DNA from: Patescibacteria group bacterium
GTDB lineage: Bacteria; Patescibacteriota; UBA1384; JACPKC01
Assembly: GCA_050944875.1 (NCBI GenBank)
Contig: JBMNRW010000002.1
Location: 1,009 to 65,008, forward strand
Direction of reading: 5' to 3'
DNA length: 64,000 bases
The notes below the pieces were generated by a model, which ran no database searches, was not told the origin of the DNA, and saw nothing but the letters and a program-made list of their open reading frames with translations. Both the position numbers and the translations under genes were made by a program. Positions 54,728-64,000 of this stretch are shown here, piece by piece (the first letter of the stretch is position 1; each line of letters opens with the position of its first letter).

Positions 54728-55324
54728 ATGACTGACAAGACACACCAAGCGCTCGGGTTTGCGGCTGCGGCCGCAGGCTACTTCGCGACCTACCCCAACG
54801 AACCCTTGACGTGGGGTATTGCCGGGACAGTGGTTACGGGTGCGTTCGTGGGCTCGTTCTTGCCCGACATCGACCAGCCGACGGCCAACTTCTGGGACTC
54901 GGTGCCACTTGGCGGCTTCGTAGGGAAGCTCGCGCCCCGGGCGCTTGGCGGCCACCGGAACCTTTCGCACTCGATCCTTGGCTACTTGCTGGGGAGCGCG
55001 CTCATGTACTGGATCGCGACGACAGTCTTCCGCGAGGGGCTCTTCGACATGAAGCTCTTCATGCTCGCCTTCGAGCTCGGTTTCTTCGCCCACCTGGCTG
55101 CTGACGCCATAACGGTCCAGGGGATCCCGCTCTTCTGGCCGATCGGCGGCAACATGGGGTTCCCGCCCCGGCCGTTCCACGACATCCGAATGGTCACGGG
55201 TAAGTGGTTCGAGAACCTCGTTGTGTTCCCGCTCTCGCTCCTGTTCGTCATTACAATTCTCGCCTCGCACCCGACAGAGATGTGCGCGCTCGCACCTGGC
55301 GTCTGCCGGTCATTCGGGATTTGA
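54728..55324 (+). CDS. YdjM-like membrane metal-dependent hydrolase
   Basis: KTHQ, LPDIDQP, GHRNLSHS, HLAADAIT, GIPLFWP. Confidence 0.88.
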   Translation: MTDKTHQALGFAAAAAGYFATYPNEPLTWGIAGTVVTGAFVGSFLPDIDQPTANFWDSVPLGGFVGKLAPRALGGHRNLSHSILGYLLGSALMYWIATTVFREGLFDMKLFMLAFELGFFAHLAADAITVQGIPLFWPIGGNMGFPPRPFHDIRMVTGKWFENLVVFPLSLLFVITILASHPTEMCALAPGVCRSFGI

Positions 55325-55382
55325 CGGCAACTGCCCGGTTGGTACGGTAGAGCTCCCATCTGTATGGAAGGCGGTGACGCGG

Positions 55383-55640
55383 ATGGGACGGAACTTCGAG
55401 CTCGAGGCGCTCGAGCGGTACGTCGGTCAGTGGGTACTGGTACGATTCTGCAGTCAGGAGGAGTCGGTGAAGGGGCAACTCGTGTCGGTGGAGCCGAGGC
55501 GCGGTTTCGGACGGTTCACGCTCGCGACAGCATACGGGACGACGACGTGGCCAATCCAGGAGGTCACGAATGTCCGCGTCGTATCCCCGCCGCTCTCCGC
55601 GACGAGCGACCCACCTGCACGCGCGCAGGCTGCCAGCTAG
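55383..55640 (+). CDS. small protein, possible Sm/LSm-like beta-barrel
   Basis: LERYVGQWVLVRF...VKGQLVSVE...WPIQEVTNVRV pattern. Confidence 0.5.
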   Translation: MGRNFELEALERYVGQWVLVRFCSQEESVKGQLVSVEPRRGFGRFTLATAYGTTTWPIQEVTNVRVVSPPLSATSDPPARAQAAS

Positions 55641-55672
55641 GTGCTCGGCAGCCTTTTTCTTTTACGTGTGAC

Positions 55673-56161
55673 TTAGATAACCAGGAGGTAGATGAAGTAC
55701 GTGGCGAACCCGAGGCCGAGGCCGAGCTCGATCGCGGTCGAGACGAGGAAGCTCAACGTCGCGCCGAGGCCGCTCTTCAGCGCCTGCTGCTTCGTCCGAC
55801 CAGCGAGGAGTTCGCCCGCAACCGCGCCGAGGAGCGGGGCGATGAGGATCGAGACGAAGCCAGCTGGGAAGAAGAGGATGCCGACGATGAGCCCCAGGAG
55901 CGCGCCCGTCGCACCCCACGCTGTGCCGCCGAAGGCTTTCGTCGCGACGGGGGCGGCGGCGAGGTGGAGGACGTAGTAGAGCGCGGTCGCCAGCCCGACG
56001 AGGACGAGGGTTAGCGGTGATGGTTCAGTAAGCCCGGTCGCCGCAGCGCGGACCAGGAAGCCGACGAAGATGAGCGGCAGACCAGGGAGGGCGGGGATAA
56101 CCGTTCCCATGAGCCCGAAGCCGACGAGGACCGTTGCAAGAATTGTCAGAGCGAGTTCCAT
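55673..56161 (-). CDS. DUF456 family membrane protein
   Basis: GTVIPALPG, KAFGGT, PLLGAVAGEL. Confidence 0.85.
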   Translation of the reverse strand: MELALTILATVLVGFGLMGTVIPALPGLPLIFVGFLVRAAATGLTEPSPLTLVLVGLATALYYVLHLAAAPVATKAFGGTAWGATGALLGLIVGILFFPAGFVSILIAPLLGAVAGELLAGRTKQQALKSGLGATLSFLVSTAIELGLGLGFATYFIYLLVI

Positions 56162-56181
56162 GTGCCTAGTATAGGAGTACG

Positions 56182-57072
56182 ATGCCAGAACTACCAGAAG
56201 TCGAAACCGTCCGACGAGGCTTGGAACGCACGGTCGTCGGGAAGACCGTGCAGTCGGTTGAGATCGTCGCGGCGAAGATCTTCCCGGTGAGCTGGGATGC
56301 GCTCGACGAGCTCCTCATTGGCGCGTCAGTCGCTCGGGTGGAGCGCCGTGCCAAGGTACTCCTCATTACGCTCTCGAACCAGTGGACGCTCGCAATCCAC
56401 CTCAAGATGACCGGACAGATCATTGTCGTGTCGCCGAAGCCCGAAGTCGGTGGATTCGTCGGTGGGCACCCGGAGGCGGCGTACGCCGAGCCGCTGCCAC
56501 ACAAGCACACGCACGTCACGATTCAGTTCACTGACGGGACGATGCTCTACTTCAACGACCTCCGGAAGTTCGGCTGGATGAAGCTCCTCGCTCCAGAGCC
56601 GACGACAGGCTACGTCGACCGGGACTCGTTCCTCAGCTCGCTTCGACTTGGCCCTGAGCCGCTCTCCGAGGAGTTTACGCTCGATTACCTGCGTGGCGTG
56701 CTCCGCAACCGGTCAACGGTCGTGAAGTCACTGCTCCTCGACCAGGCGGCAATCGCTGGGATCGGGAATATCTACGCCGACGAGGCGCTCTTCCTGGCGA
56801 ACGTCCGGCCGACGCGCCGCGCGAAGACACTCACCCGAAAAGAGCAGGAGAAGCTGTATGCGGCGATCCGCACGGTCTTAACGCTCGGCATCGAACACGG
56901 CGGTACGAGTATGAATACGTACGTGAACGTCGAGGGCACGGCCGGTCGGATGCGCGACCACCTCAGGGTGTACGGCCGAGAAGGCGAGCCGTGCTTCGTC
57001 TGCGGTGCGCCAATCGAACGGAAGAAGATCGGCCAACGCTCGAGCCACTACTGCTTGACCTGCCAACGGTAG
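56182..57072 (+). CDS. mutM: formamidopyrimidine-DNA glycosylase
   Basis: MPELPEVET, HLKMTG, DLRKFG, GIGNIYADE, C-terminal C4 zinc finger. Confidence 0.97.
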   Translation: MPELPEVETVRRGLERTVVGKTVQSVEIVAAKIFPVSWDALDELLIGASVARVERRAKVLLITLSNQWTLAIHLKMTGQIIVVSPKPEVGGFVGGHPEAAYAEPLPHKHTHVTIQFTDGTMLYFNDLRKFGWMKLLAPEPTTGYVDRDSFLSSLRLGPEPLSEEFTLDYLRGVLRNRSTVVKSLLLDQAAIAGIGNIYADEALFLANVRPTRRAKTLTRKEQEKLYAAIRTVLTLGIEHGGTSMNTYVNVEGTAGRMRDHLRVYGREGEPCFVCGAPIERKKIGQRSSHYCLTCQR

Positions 57073-57108
57073 GTTGGCGCCTTCTCCAGGTTCCGCTACC
57101 CTGAACCT

Positions 57109-57864
57109 ATGCAGACTGACGCTATTATCCTCGCCGCGGGGAAGGGTACGCGCATGAATCACCCCGAGCTTCCCAAGGTGCTCGTCGAGGCGAACGGTCG
57201 CCCGGTGATCGCGTACACGCTCGATGCGCTCGCGGCTGCGGGCGTGTCCGATCCGGTACTCGTCGTCGGATACAAGGAGGAGCGGGTCCGCGAGGCGCTT
57301 GGCTCGCACCGCTACGTCCGCCAAGTCGAGCAGAACGGGACGGGGAGCGCCGTCCGGCTCGTCGAGCCTGAGCTCGGCGCATTCGACGGCGGGATCTATC
57401 TCGCGTACGGGGACTGTCCGCTTGTCACGCGCGACACGTTCGTCGCCCTCCAAGAGCTGCTCGAAGCCAACCCTGACGCCGCGCTCGTCGTGACAACTGG
57501 CCAGATCTCGAGCCCAGAAGAGCGGTACGGGCGGATCGTCCGGCGGCCAGACGGCGCGATCGAGCGGATCGTCGAGTTCAAAGACGCGACGGACGAAGAG
57601 CGGGCAATCACCGAGTACAATGCCGGACCGTACATTGTGCGCTCCCCTTGGCTCTGGGCTGCGCTCCGTCGCATGCAGCCGAGTCCGGTGACTGGCGAGT
57701 ACTACCTGACCGATATCGTCCAGTTCGCGAACGAGGACGGTTTCCGCGTCCTTGCCCATCCTGTTGCCAATCAAGAAGAAGCACTCGGCGTTAACACGCC
57801 AGACGAACTCGCGCGCGTCGCGCGCATCCTTCAAGAAAGGAAGGAGCATGAAGCTCACGATTGA
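57109..57864 (+). CDS. GlmU N-terminal uridylyltransferase domain only
   Basis: ILAAGKGTRM, QNGTG, YGD, YGRIVR, EYYLTD, GVNT; no hexapeptide-repeat domain. Confidence 0.85.
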   Translation: MQTDAIILAAGKGTRMNHPELPKVLVEANGRPVIAYTLDALAAAGVSDPVLVVGYKEERVREALGSHRYVRQVEQNGTGSAVRLVEPELGAFDGGIYLAYGDCPLVTRDTFVALQELLEANPDAALVVTTGQISSPEERYGRIVRRPDGAIERIVEFKDATDEERAITEYNAGPYIVRSPWLWAALRRMQPSPVTGEYYLTDIVQFANEDGFRVLAHPVANQEEALGVNTPDELARVARILQERKEHEAHD

Positions 57865-59338
57865 GCAGGTGAACTGGGAGACCTTAGGTACAGATGGCCT
57901 CGTTGTCCCGGTGGCGGAAGGGAAGTTCGACGAGCTCCCGGATGAGCTCCGCGCGCTGGTCCCGCCAGCCGCCCAGAGTCAGTTCGCTGGCAAGCTCGAC
58001 GATTGCCTTGTCCTCTACTCCTCGGCGGGGACGGTTACCCGCCTTGTCTTAGTTGGACTCGGCCGCGACAATGAGACATGGCCGCGGGCGGAGCGGTTTC
58101 GCCGCGCGGTCGGGGTCGGGGCGAAGTCGATCGCCAGCCTCAAGGGGCGGCACGTCCACCTCTTCGTCGGTAGTCGGACTGACGCGCGGTCGCTCCATGA
58201 CGCGGTACTCATCTCGCTCATCGCGCCGTACCGCTACGAGAAGCACCGGACGAAGTCCGAGGACAAGCTTGCTGAGTTCCTCTCACTCACGCTCCTTACG
58301 GACGAGCAGATCGAGACGAAGAAGTTCCGGCCAGCCCTCCTCCACGCGGCGGCCGTAGCGAACGCGGTCAAGGCGACACGCGACCTCGTGAACGCGCCGT
58401 CGAACACGTTGACGCCGACGCTGCTCGCGCAAGCGGCGAAGCAGCTCGAGACACTCGCTGACACGATCCACGTCTCAGTGCTCGACGAGCCCTCGCTCGA
58501 GCAGGAGCGGTTCGGCGCACTCCTCGCAGTCGCCCGGGGATCGGACGAAGAAGCGCAGCTCATTACAATCGACTACACGCCAAAGAAGAACGTCGGAAAG
58601 ACCGTCGCACTCGTGGGGAAGGGTGTGACGTTCGACACTGGCGGGGTCAACCTTAAACCAGAAACGGGGATCGCCGGGATGCATATGGATATGGCTGGCG
58701 CAGCAACGGTATTCGGGACGATCATGGCGGCAGCACAGCTCGGCCTGCCGATTCGCATCATCGGCGTCATTCCTGCGACGGAGAACATGCCGAGCGGCGC
58801 TGCGCTGAAGCCGGGTGATGTGATTACGGCCCGCTCGGGGAAGACGATCGAGATCGCAAACACCGATGCCGAAGGGCGGCTCATCCTTGCTGACGGCTTA
58901 GACTGGGCGCTCCAGTTCGAGCCCGACCTCATCCTCGACGCCGCGACGCTGACTGGTGCGGCACTCGTCGCACTTGGCGAGGAGCGCGGTGCGGTGATCG
59001 GGAACGACGAAGACCTAATTGAGCAGCTCTGGGAGGCGGGCGAGCAGGTCGGTGAGCGGATCTGGGAGCTCCCGCTCGACGATGCGTACCGCGAGCACGT
59101 GAAGAGCGAGATGGCCGACGTGCGTAACCTGGGACAGGGACGGCAGGCGGGGACGATCGCTGGGGCGGCGTTCCTCGAGCACTTCGTCCCGAAGGAGACG
59201 CCCTGGGCGCACATCGACCTCGCTGGCCCGGCAATGCGCTCGAAGGCGACGGCGTACGAGCCGAAGGGTGGGACTGGCTGGGGTGTCCGCCTGCTCGTCG
59301 AGTTCCTCACCACGTACGCGTCACGGCCGAAGGAGTAA
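57848..59338 (+). CDS. pepA: M17 leucyl aminopeptidase
   Basis: VGKGVTFDTGG, MDMAGAA, NTDAEGRL, WAHIDLAG. Confidence 0.96.
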   Translation: MKLTIEQVNWETLGTDGLVVPVAEGKFDELPDELRALVPPAAQSQFAGKLDDCLVLYSSAGTVTRLVLVGLGRDNETWPRAERFRRAVGVGAKSIASLKGRHVHLFVGSRTDARSLHDAVLISLIAPYRYEKHRTKSEDKLAEFLSLTLLTDEQIETKKFRPALLHAAAVANAVKATRDLVNAPSNTLTPTLLAQAAKQLETLADTIHVSVLDEPSLEQERFGALLAVARGSDEEAQLITIDYTPKKNVGKTVALVGKGVTFDTGGVNLKPETGIAGMHMDMAGAATVFGTIMAAAQLGLPIRIIGVIPATENMPSGAALKPGDVITARSGKTIEIANTDAEGRLILADGLDWALQFEPDLILDAATLTGAALVALGEERGAVIGNDEDLIEQLWEAGEQVGERIWELPLDDAYREHVKSEMADVRNLGQGRQAGTIAGAAFLEHFVPKETPWAHIDLAGPAMRSKATAYEPKGGTGWGVRLLVEFLTTYASRPKE

Positions 59339-59340
59339 CA

Positions 59341-60066
59341 ATGCGCATCCTCCTCATCCAGTACCGGACCGATGCGTCAGCAGAGCACGAGTACCGCTGC
59401 GTCACGACGCACGGCAGACTCGACGAGACGAGTATCCACCGGGTTAATCCCGTACTCCAGCCGGGGACGCTGCGAACCGTACGGATCGCCGACTACGACG
59501 CGGTGGTGTTCGGCGGGTCGGGCGAGTTCAGCGCCGCGACGCCTGGCCCGATCGCCGGTGCGCTCGACGAGGCACGGTTCGTCCTCGACGACGTCCTCGC
59601 CACCGACCACCCGTTCTTCGGCATGTGCTTCGGCCACCAGGTACTCGCGCGTCACCTCGGTGCTCGCGTCGTCACTGACCCGAACGAGAGCCAGGTTGGA
59701 TCGCACCCGGTGCGCGTAACAGTCGCTGGGCAGGCGGACCGGCTCTTCGCTGATGTTCCGGCGGAGTTCATCGCGCAGCACGGGCATAAGGACGCGGTCA
59801 TCGACGAACCGGCTGGCGCGATCCACCTCGCCGAGGGGTATAAGAACCGTATGGGCGCGTACCGGATCGGCCAGCACGTTTACGCCACGCAGTTCCACCC
59901 AGAGCTCACGAAGGCGGATCTCGTTCACCGGCTGACGCTCTACCCTGAATACCTTAAGGGGCGGACGCTTGAGGAAGCGAGCGCGGAGTTCCGCGACTCG
60001 CACGAAGCGGTGAAGGTGCTCCGGAACTTTGTCGACGGCATTCGCCCGCGGCCGATGGCGGCCTAG
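59341..60066 (+). CDS. type 1 glutamine amidotransferase-like protein
   Basis: GMCFGHQ nucleophile elbow, QFHPE. Confidence 0.9.
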   Translation: MRILLIQYRTDASAEHEYRCVTTHGRLDETSIHRVNPVLQPGTLRTVRIADYDAVVFGGSGEFSAATPGPIAGALDEARFVLDDVLATDHPFFGMCFGHQVLARHLGARVVTDPNESQVGSHPVRVTVAGQADRLFADVPAEFIAQHGHKDAVIDEPAGAIHLAEGYKNRMGAYRIGQHVYATQFHPELTKADLVHRLTLYPEYLKGRTLEEASAEFRDSHEAVKVLRNFVDGIRPRPMAA

Positions 60067-60088
60067 CACGTGCTGCTATACTGCGTAC

Positions 60089-60844
60089 ATGGCAACCCTC
60101 AAAACCCGGGGGATTGTACTCAGGCGGAGGGTCTACGGCGAAGCCGATCGGATCCTCACCCTACTGACGCCTGGACTCGGTAAGCTCGATGTCATTGCGA
60201 AGGGCGCACGTCGCATGAAGAGTAAGCTCGGGGGTCACCTCGAGCTCTTCTACGTCGTCGACTGGGTGCTCGCTGAAGGGCGGACCTGGCACGTGGTGAC
60301 TGCTGCTGAGGCGGCCGAAGTGTTCTCCGCGCTCCGAGAGGATTTGGAGCTCGTCCGCCAGGCCAGCCACGTCGCACACCTAGCGGCGCGTGTCTCGCTC
60401 GACGGCGAGGGAAACCCGGCGCTTTATGCGCTCGTCGAACGGACGCTCCGGGCGCTCGTCCCGGGGTACTCGCCGCTCGTTGTCCGGCAGTTCGAGTGGC
60501 AGCTCCTCTTCGCGATTGGTAATCAGCCGGCACTCGGCGCGTGCAGCCACTGCGGTGGCGCGCTCGACGCGGCTCGACTCGGCCTCTGTCCAGCCCGGGG
60601 CGGAGCACTCTGTCCGCGGTGCTTAGCGGAAGAAGCGGTTCATATTCCGGTGCAACCTGAGACGCTAAAGCTCCTCCGGCTCTTCGAGCGCGCGCCGGTC
60701 GTCCTGGCTGATCGGCTGGCACCAGTCAACGAGGCGATCCTTGGCGAGGCGGAGCGGGTGACGCGCGCCTTCCTCGAGCACACGCTCGAAACCTCACTCG
60801 TCCTGCCGGCTACGCTCTCCGAGACTGCTCATGCGCACCGTTGA
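60089..60844 (+). CDS. recO: DNA repair protein RecO
   Basis: GIVLRR..YGEADRI, AKGARR, CxxC...CxxC zinc finger. Confidence 0.93.
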   Translation: MATLKTRGIVLRRRVYGEADRILTLLTPGLGKLDVIAKGARRMKSKLGGHLELFYVVDWVLAEGRTWHVVTAAEAAEVFSALREDLELVRQASHVAHLAARVSLDGEGNPALYALVERTLRALVPGYSPLVVRQFEWQLLFAIGNQPALGACSHCGGALDAARLGLCPARGGALCPRCLAEEAVHIPVQPETLKLLRLFERAPVVLADRLAPVNEAILGEAERVTRAFLEHTLETSLVLPATLSETAHAHR

Positions 60845-61923
60845 CCTCCAGGCTATTCGGGCAAATACCGCAGCGTTACGCGCGGTGGCTGGCAGTGCTG
60901 AACTCATGGCAGTCGTGAAGGATAACGCGTACGGGCACGGACTCGTACCGGTCGCTCGCGCGACGCTCGAGGCTGGCGCGACCTGGCTCGGTATTGTTCA
61001 CCTCTGAAGAGGGAGCCGCGCTCCGTCGGGCGGGAATCACTGCTCCGATTCTCATGCTCGGGTACGTTGAACCGGGGCACGCACAGCAGGTGAGCGTGCT
61101 CGGGATCGACATTCCGGTCATGGGACTTGAGCACGCCCGCGCTCTTGCCTTGGCACTAGGGGATCGACCCCTGCGGGTCCACCTCAAGCTTGAGACCGGG
61201 CTCCATCGGTTCGGACTCGGGATTGAGGAGCTTCGGCCACTCCTCGATTTACTTGCCGACCATCCGAACATCGAACACGTCGGGACGTACTCCCACTTCG
61301 CCGCCGTGGAAGAAGCGATGCTTGACCACGCCGAGCGGCAGCTCGCTGTCTTCGCGCAGTGCCTCGAGCACATCCCTGAACCAGGCGTGCGACACATCGC
61401 CGCCACTGCCGCGACGTTTGTCCTTCCCGCCAGCCGGTACGACCTTGCCCGGTGTGGCATCGGGCTGTACGGGCTCTGGCCATCGTCCGAGATCCAGGCA
61501 CGGGTCGGTGGCGCGGTTGTGCTCCGCCCGGCGCTCCGATGGGAAGAGCGGATTCGGGCGGTGAAGGACGTCGAGGCTGGCACGCCGGTCGGGTATGGTT
61601 GTGCCTGGGTACCGCGTCGTCCGAGTCGCGTTGCGCTCCTTGACGTCGGGTACGCCGACGGACTCCCGCGTAGCCTCTCGAACGTTGGCGTGGTCGAGGT
61701 ACGGGGGCACGCGTGCCCGATCGTCGGCCGGATCTGCTCGAACGTCACGTTCGTCGACGTGACACTTGTGCCAGACGCCCGCACTGACGACTCGGCGCTG
61801 CTCATCGGCGGGAGCACGGAACGACCAACGGCGTTGGATCGCCAAGCCGAGCGGGCAGGCATGATCAACTACGAGCTCGCTATTCGGTTGCCCGACGTGC
61901 CGACTATGCAGTACCTCGGCTAG
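60831..61923 (+). pseudogene. alr: alanine racemase, frameshifted at ~60996
   Basis: ATG 60831 frame has MAVVKDNAYGHG and stops at 61007; the remainder (HLKLETGLHRFG, YSHFA, VGYG, GYADG, INYE) is in the +1 frame. Confidence 0.88.
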
Positions 61924-62002
61924 GTTGCGATCAGGTTTACTTGGGGTAGAATACAGGTACACTCCGCGTCTCGAGCAGCCCTCCAGAGGGGAGGTGAACA
62001 CT

Positions 62003-62323
62003 ATGGCGCGATTCCTCGCTGCAATTGTGAATGTCATCATCGGCATCGCCGAAGCGTTCCTCGTTGCCCGATTTCTCTTGAAACTTCTCGCGGCGCGCCC
62101 AGCCGCCGACTTTGTCGCCTGGGTGTACGCGACGAGCGAGCCGCTCCTTGAGCCGTTCAGGGGCATGTTCCCGGCACCGGTTCTTGAAGGCGGTTCCATC
62201 CTCGAGTTCTCGACGCTCTTCGCGATCCTCGCGTACGCCTTCCTTAGCTACCTGTTGAGCGAGCTCCTGGCGACCCTCTCGTACGCTGCGAGTCGGCGTC
62301 GGTACGATCGGTACGACCGGTGA
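62003..62323 (+). CDS. YggT family membrane protein
   Basis: RFLLKLL...WVYATSEPLLEPFRGMFP; GGAGGTG RBS. Confidence 0.85.
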   Translation: MARFLAAIVNVIIGIAEAFLVARFLLKLLAARPAADFVAWVYATSEPLLEPFRGMFPAPVLEGGSILEFSTLFAILAYAFLSYLLSELLATLSYAASRRRYDRYDR

Positions 62324-63069
62324 TCAGTGTCGTTGACTCTGGCCTTGGCGGACTCTCGGTAGCGTTCCCACTCGTGGCGGCGCTATCGACCGTGCCGATT
62401 GCCTACCTCGCCGACCAGGCGTTTGCGCCGTACGGGGAGAGATCCCAGGATGAGCTCATCCATCGGCTCGCGCTCATCATCCACTTCTTCCAGCAGCAGG
62501 GGGCGGCACTCATGGTGCTCGCGTGCAACACCGCGTCGGTGAACGCGATCGACGCGCTCCGGCACGATTTCCCCTCACTCCAGTTCGTCGGCATGGAGCC
62601 TGCGGTGAAGCCGGCGGCCAGCACAGCTGATAAGATCGTCGTGCTCGGAACGAACTCGACCGTGCGTAATGCTCGGCACCGAACCCTCGTCGACGCGCAC
62701 GCGAGTGGGAAGACTGTCTGGCACGTCGGTGCCCCCGAGCTCGTCCGTCAGGTTGAGGCCGGGGAGTTGAATCGACTCGACCACCTCGAGCGCTTGCTGC
62801 AGCCGTACGTCGACCAAGGTGCAGAGGCGCTCGTTATCGGCTGCAGTCACTTTTCGTTCCTCCGACCGGCGATCACTCGGCGTTGGCCAAGGCTCCAGAT
62901 CTTCGACGGCGCCGACGGCGTTGTCCGGCGGACGATCGGACTCGCCGAACCATTGGCCGGTAGCGGTGGAGCGGGCCGCCAGTACTGGACGACAGGATCG
63001 GCGCGCACCGTCCAGTTCGTGTCGCCGCCGCTTGCATTCGCACACATCGACTTGGAGGTTACAGCGTGA
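62320..63069 (+). CDS. murI: glutamate racemase
   Basis: DSGLGGLSV, PYGER, ACNTAS, GCSHF. Confidence 0.95.
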   Translation: MISVVDSGLGGLSVAFPLVAALSTVPIAYLADQAFAPYGERSQDELIHRLALIIHFFQQQGAALMVLACNTASVNAIDALRHDFPSLQFVGMEPAVKPAASTADKIVVLGTNSTVRNARHRTLVDAHASGKTVWHVGAPELVRQVEAGELNRLDHLERLLQPYVDQGAEALVIGCSHFSFLRPAITRRWPRLQIFDGADGVVRRTIGLAEPLAGSGGAGRQYWTTGSARTVQFVSPPLAFAHIDLEVTA

Positions 63070-64000
63070 CATACGAAATCCAGACTACGGTGCTCGTCGC
63101 TGGCGGTGATGCGCTCGGACGCTTGCCCGATGGCCGGGCGGTGTTCGTGGCCGGCGCGGCGCCGGGCGAAACCGTGCAAGTTCGGCTCGTGAAAGAGGAT
63201 GCGCGCTGGGCGCGCGGGGAGCTCCTGAGCGTTCTCGAGCCGTCGGTAGATCGAGTAGTACCGTCGCAGTCTGCATCACACCTTGGTGGCGCCACGTGGG
63301 CGCACGTCGCCTATCCGGCCCAGCTCGCGGCCAAGCAGGCGATCGTCGCAACTGCGCTCGAGCGGATCGGGAAGTTTGTCTCGCCAGCAGTCGCTCCGAT
63401 TGTCGCATCGCCTGAGCGGTGGGGGTACCGGAACCGCATCGAACTCACGTTCGGTGAGCAGGGCGGCGAACTCGTCCTAGGGACGCTCGCGCCAGGCTCA
63501 CAGACCGACGTGCAACCCGCGCTCGGTAGCGCGCTCTTCGGCGACGAGGTCGATGCGATCATCGCGAAGGTGCTCGCCTGGGCACGTGGCACTGGTCGGC
63601 GGGCCTGGCGACCACGGGCACTGGCCGGCGAGCTGCGGAGCATCATTGTCCGCCGGGGCATCCAGTCGCGCGACCGTCTCGTGCACCTGGTGACGACGTC
63701 AGCTGCGACGCCTGACCCTTCGCTCGCCGAGGCGCTTGCGGGTCTTGGGCTCACAGGTATTGTCTGGAGCGCGAACGACGCGAAGAACGCGGTCTCTGAG
63801 ATCCAGACGTCCGCCGTCCTCTTCGGCCGACCGACGATCACCGAGCAGCTCCTCGATTTCCCGCTCGTCTACCACGCGACGAGCTTCTTTCAGGCCAACG
63901 TCCACGCTGCCGAACTTCTCCTCGCCACACTCCGGGACGCTGTGCAGGCATCGGCTGAGCTCGTCGATCTGTACGCCGGCGTCGGCACGTTTGGCCTAGG
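63066..64000 (+). CDS. TRAM + RNA (uracil-5)-methyltransferase, RlmD/TrmA family; runs off the window end
   Basis: GTG start; VFVAGAAPGETV (TRAM), YRNRIE, SFFQAN, DLYAGVGTFG. Confidence 0.9.
   Translation, partial: MTYEIQTTVLVAGGDALGRLPDGRAVFVAGAAPGETVQVRLVKEDARWARGELLSVLEPSVDRVVPSQSASHLGGATWAHVAYPAQLAAKQAIVATALERIGKFVSPAVAPIVASPERWGYRNRIELTFGEQGGELVLGTLAPGSQTDVQPALGSALFGDEVDAIIAKVLAWARGTGRRAWRPRALAGELRSIIVRRGIQSRDRLVHLVTTSAATPDPSLAEALAGLGLTGIVWSANDAKNAVSEIQTSAVLFGRPTITEQLLDFPLVYHATSFFQANVHAAELLLATLRDAVQASAELVDLYAGVGTFGL

Noticed and set aside
60990-61007. Programmed frameshift or UGA recoding in alr
   Set aside because: No slippery heptamer; homology switches frame before the UGA; UGA is a normal stop elsewhere in the window

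Overview
GC-rich bacterial chromosome segment, mostly housekeeping genes. A Patescibacteria/CPR origin is inferred from the divergent 16S 530 loop, the expanded and reduced 23S segments, the unlinked rRNA genes and the streamlined gene set. Backbone: ligA, gatC-gatA-(HEPN-like)-gatB, htrA, short prfA, rpmE-rpsB-tsf-pyrH-frr-rseP, proS, tpiA, gap, malic enzyme, pgk, tig-clpP, EndoQ, mutM, half-GlmU, pepA, recO, alr (frameshifted), murI and an RlmD-like gene running off the window end. The main structure is an 'exploded' rrn operon. 16S, tRNA-Ile(GAU), tRNA-Ala(UGC), 23S and 5S keep the canonical order and strand, but the 16S-23S spacer is ~18.7 kb and filled with protein genes. The spacer holds (i) a membrane-anchored Hsp100/Clp ATPase coupled to a membrane partner, (ii) a lower-GC candidate signalling cassette (SAM methyltransferase, LuxI/FeeM-like N-acyl synthase, multi-TM GAF histidine kinase, single-domain receiver) and (iii) a ~2540-aa surface protein with a near-perfect 843-bp internal duplication. 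No CRISPR array, integrase or transposase was seen. All calls come from reading motifs by eye; no database searches were run.
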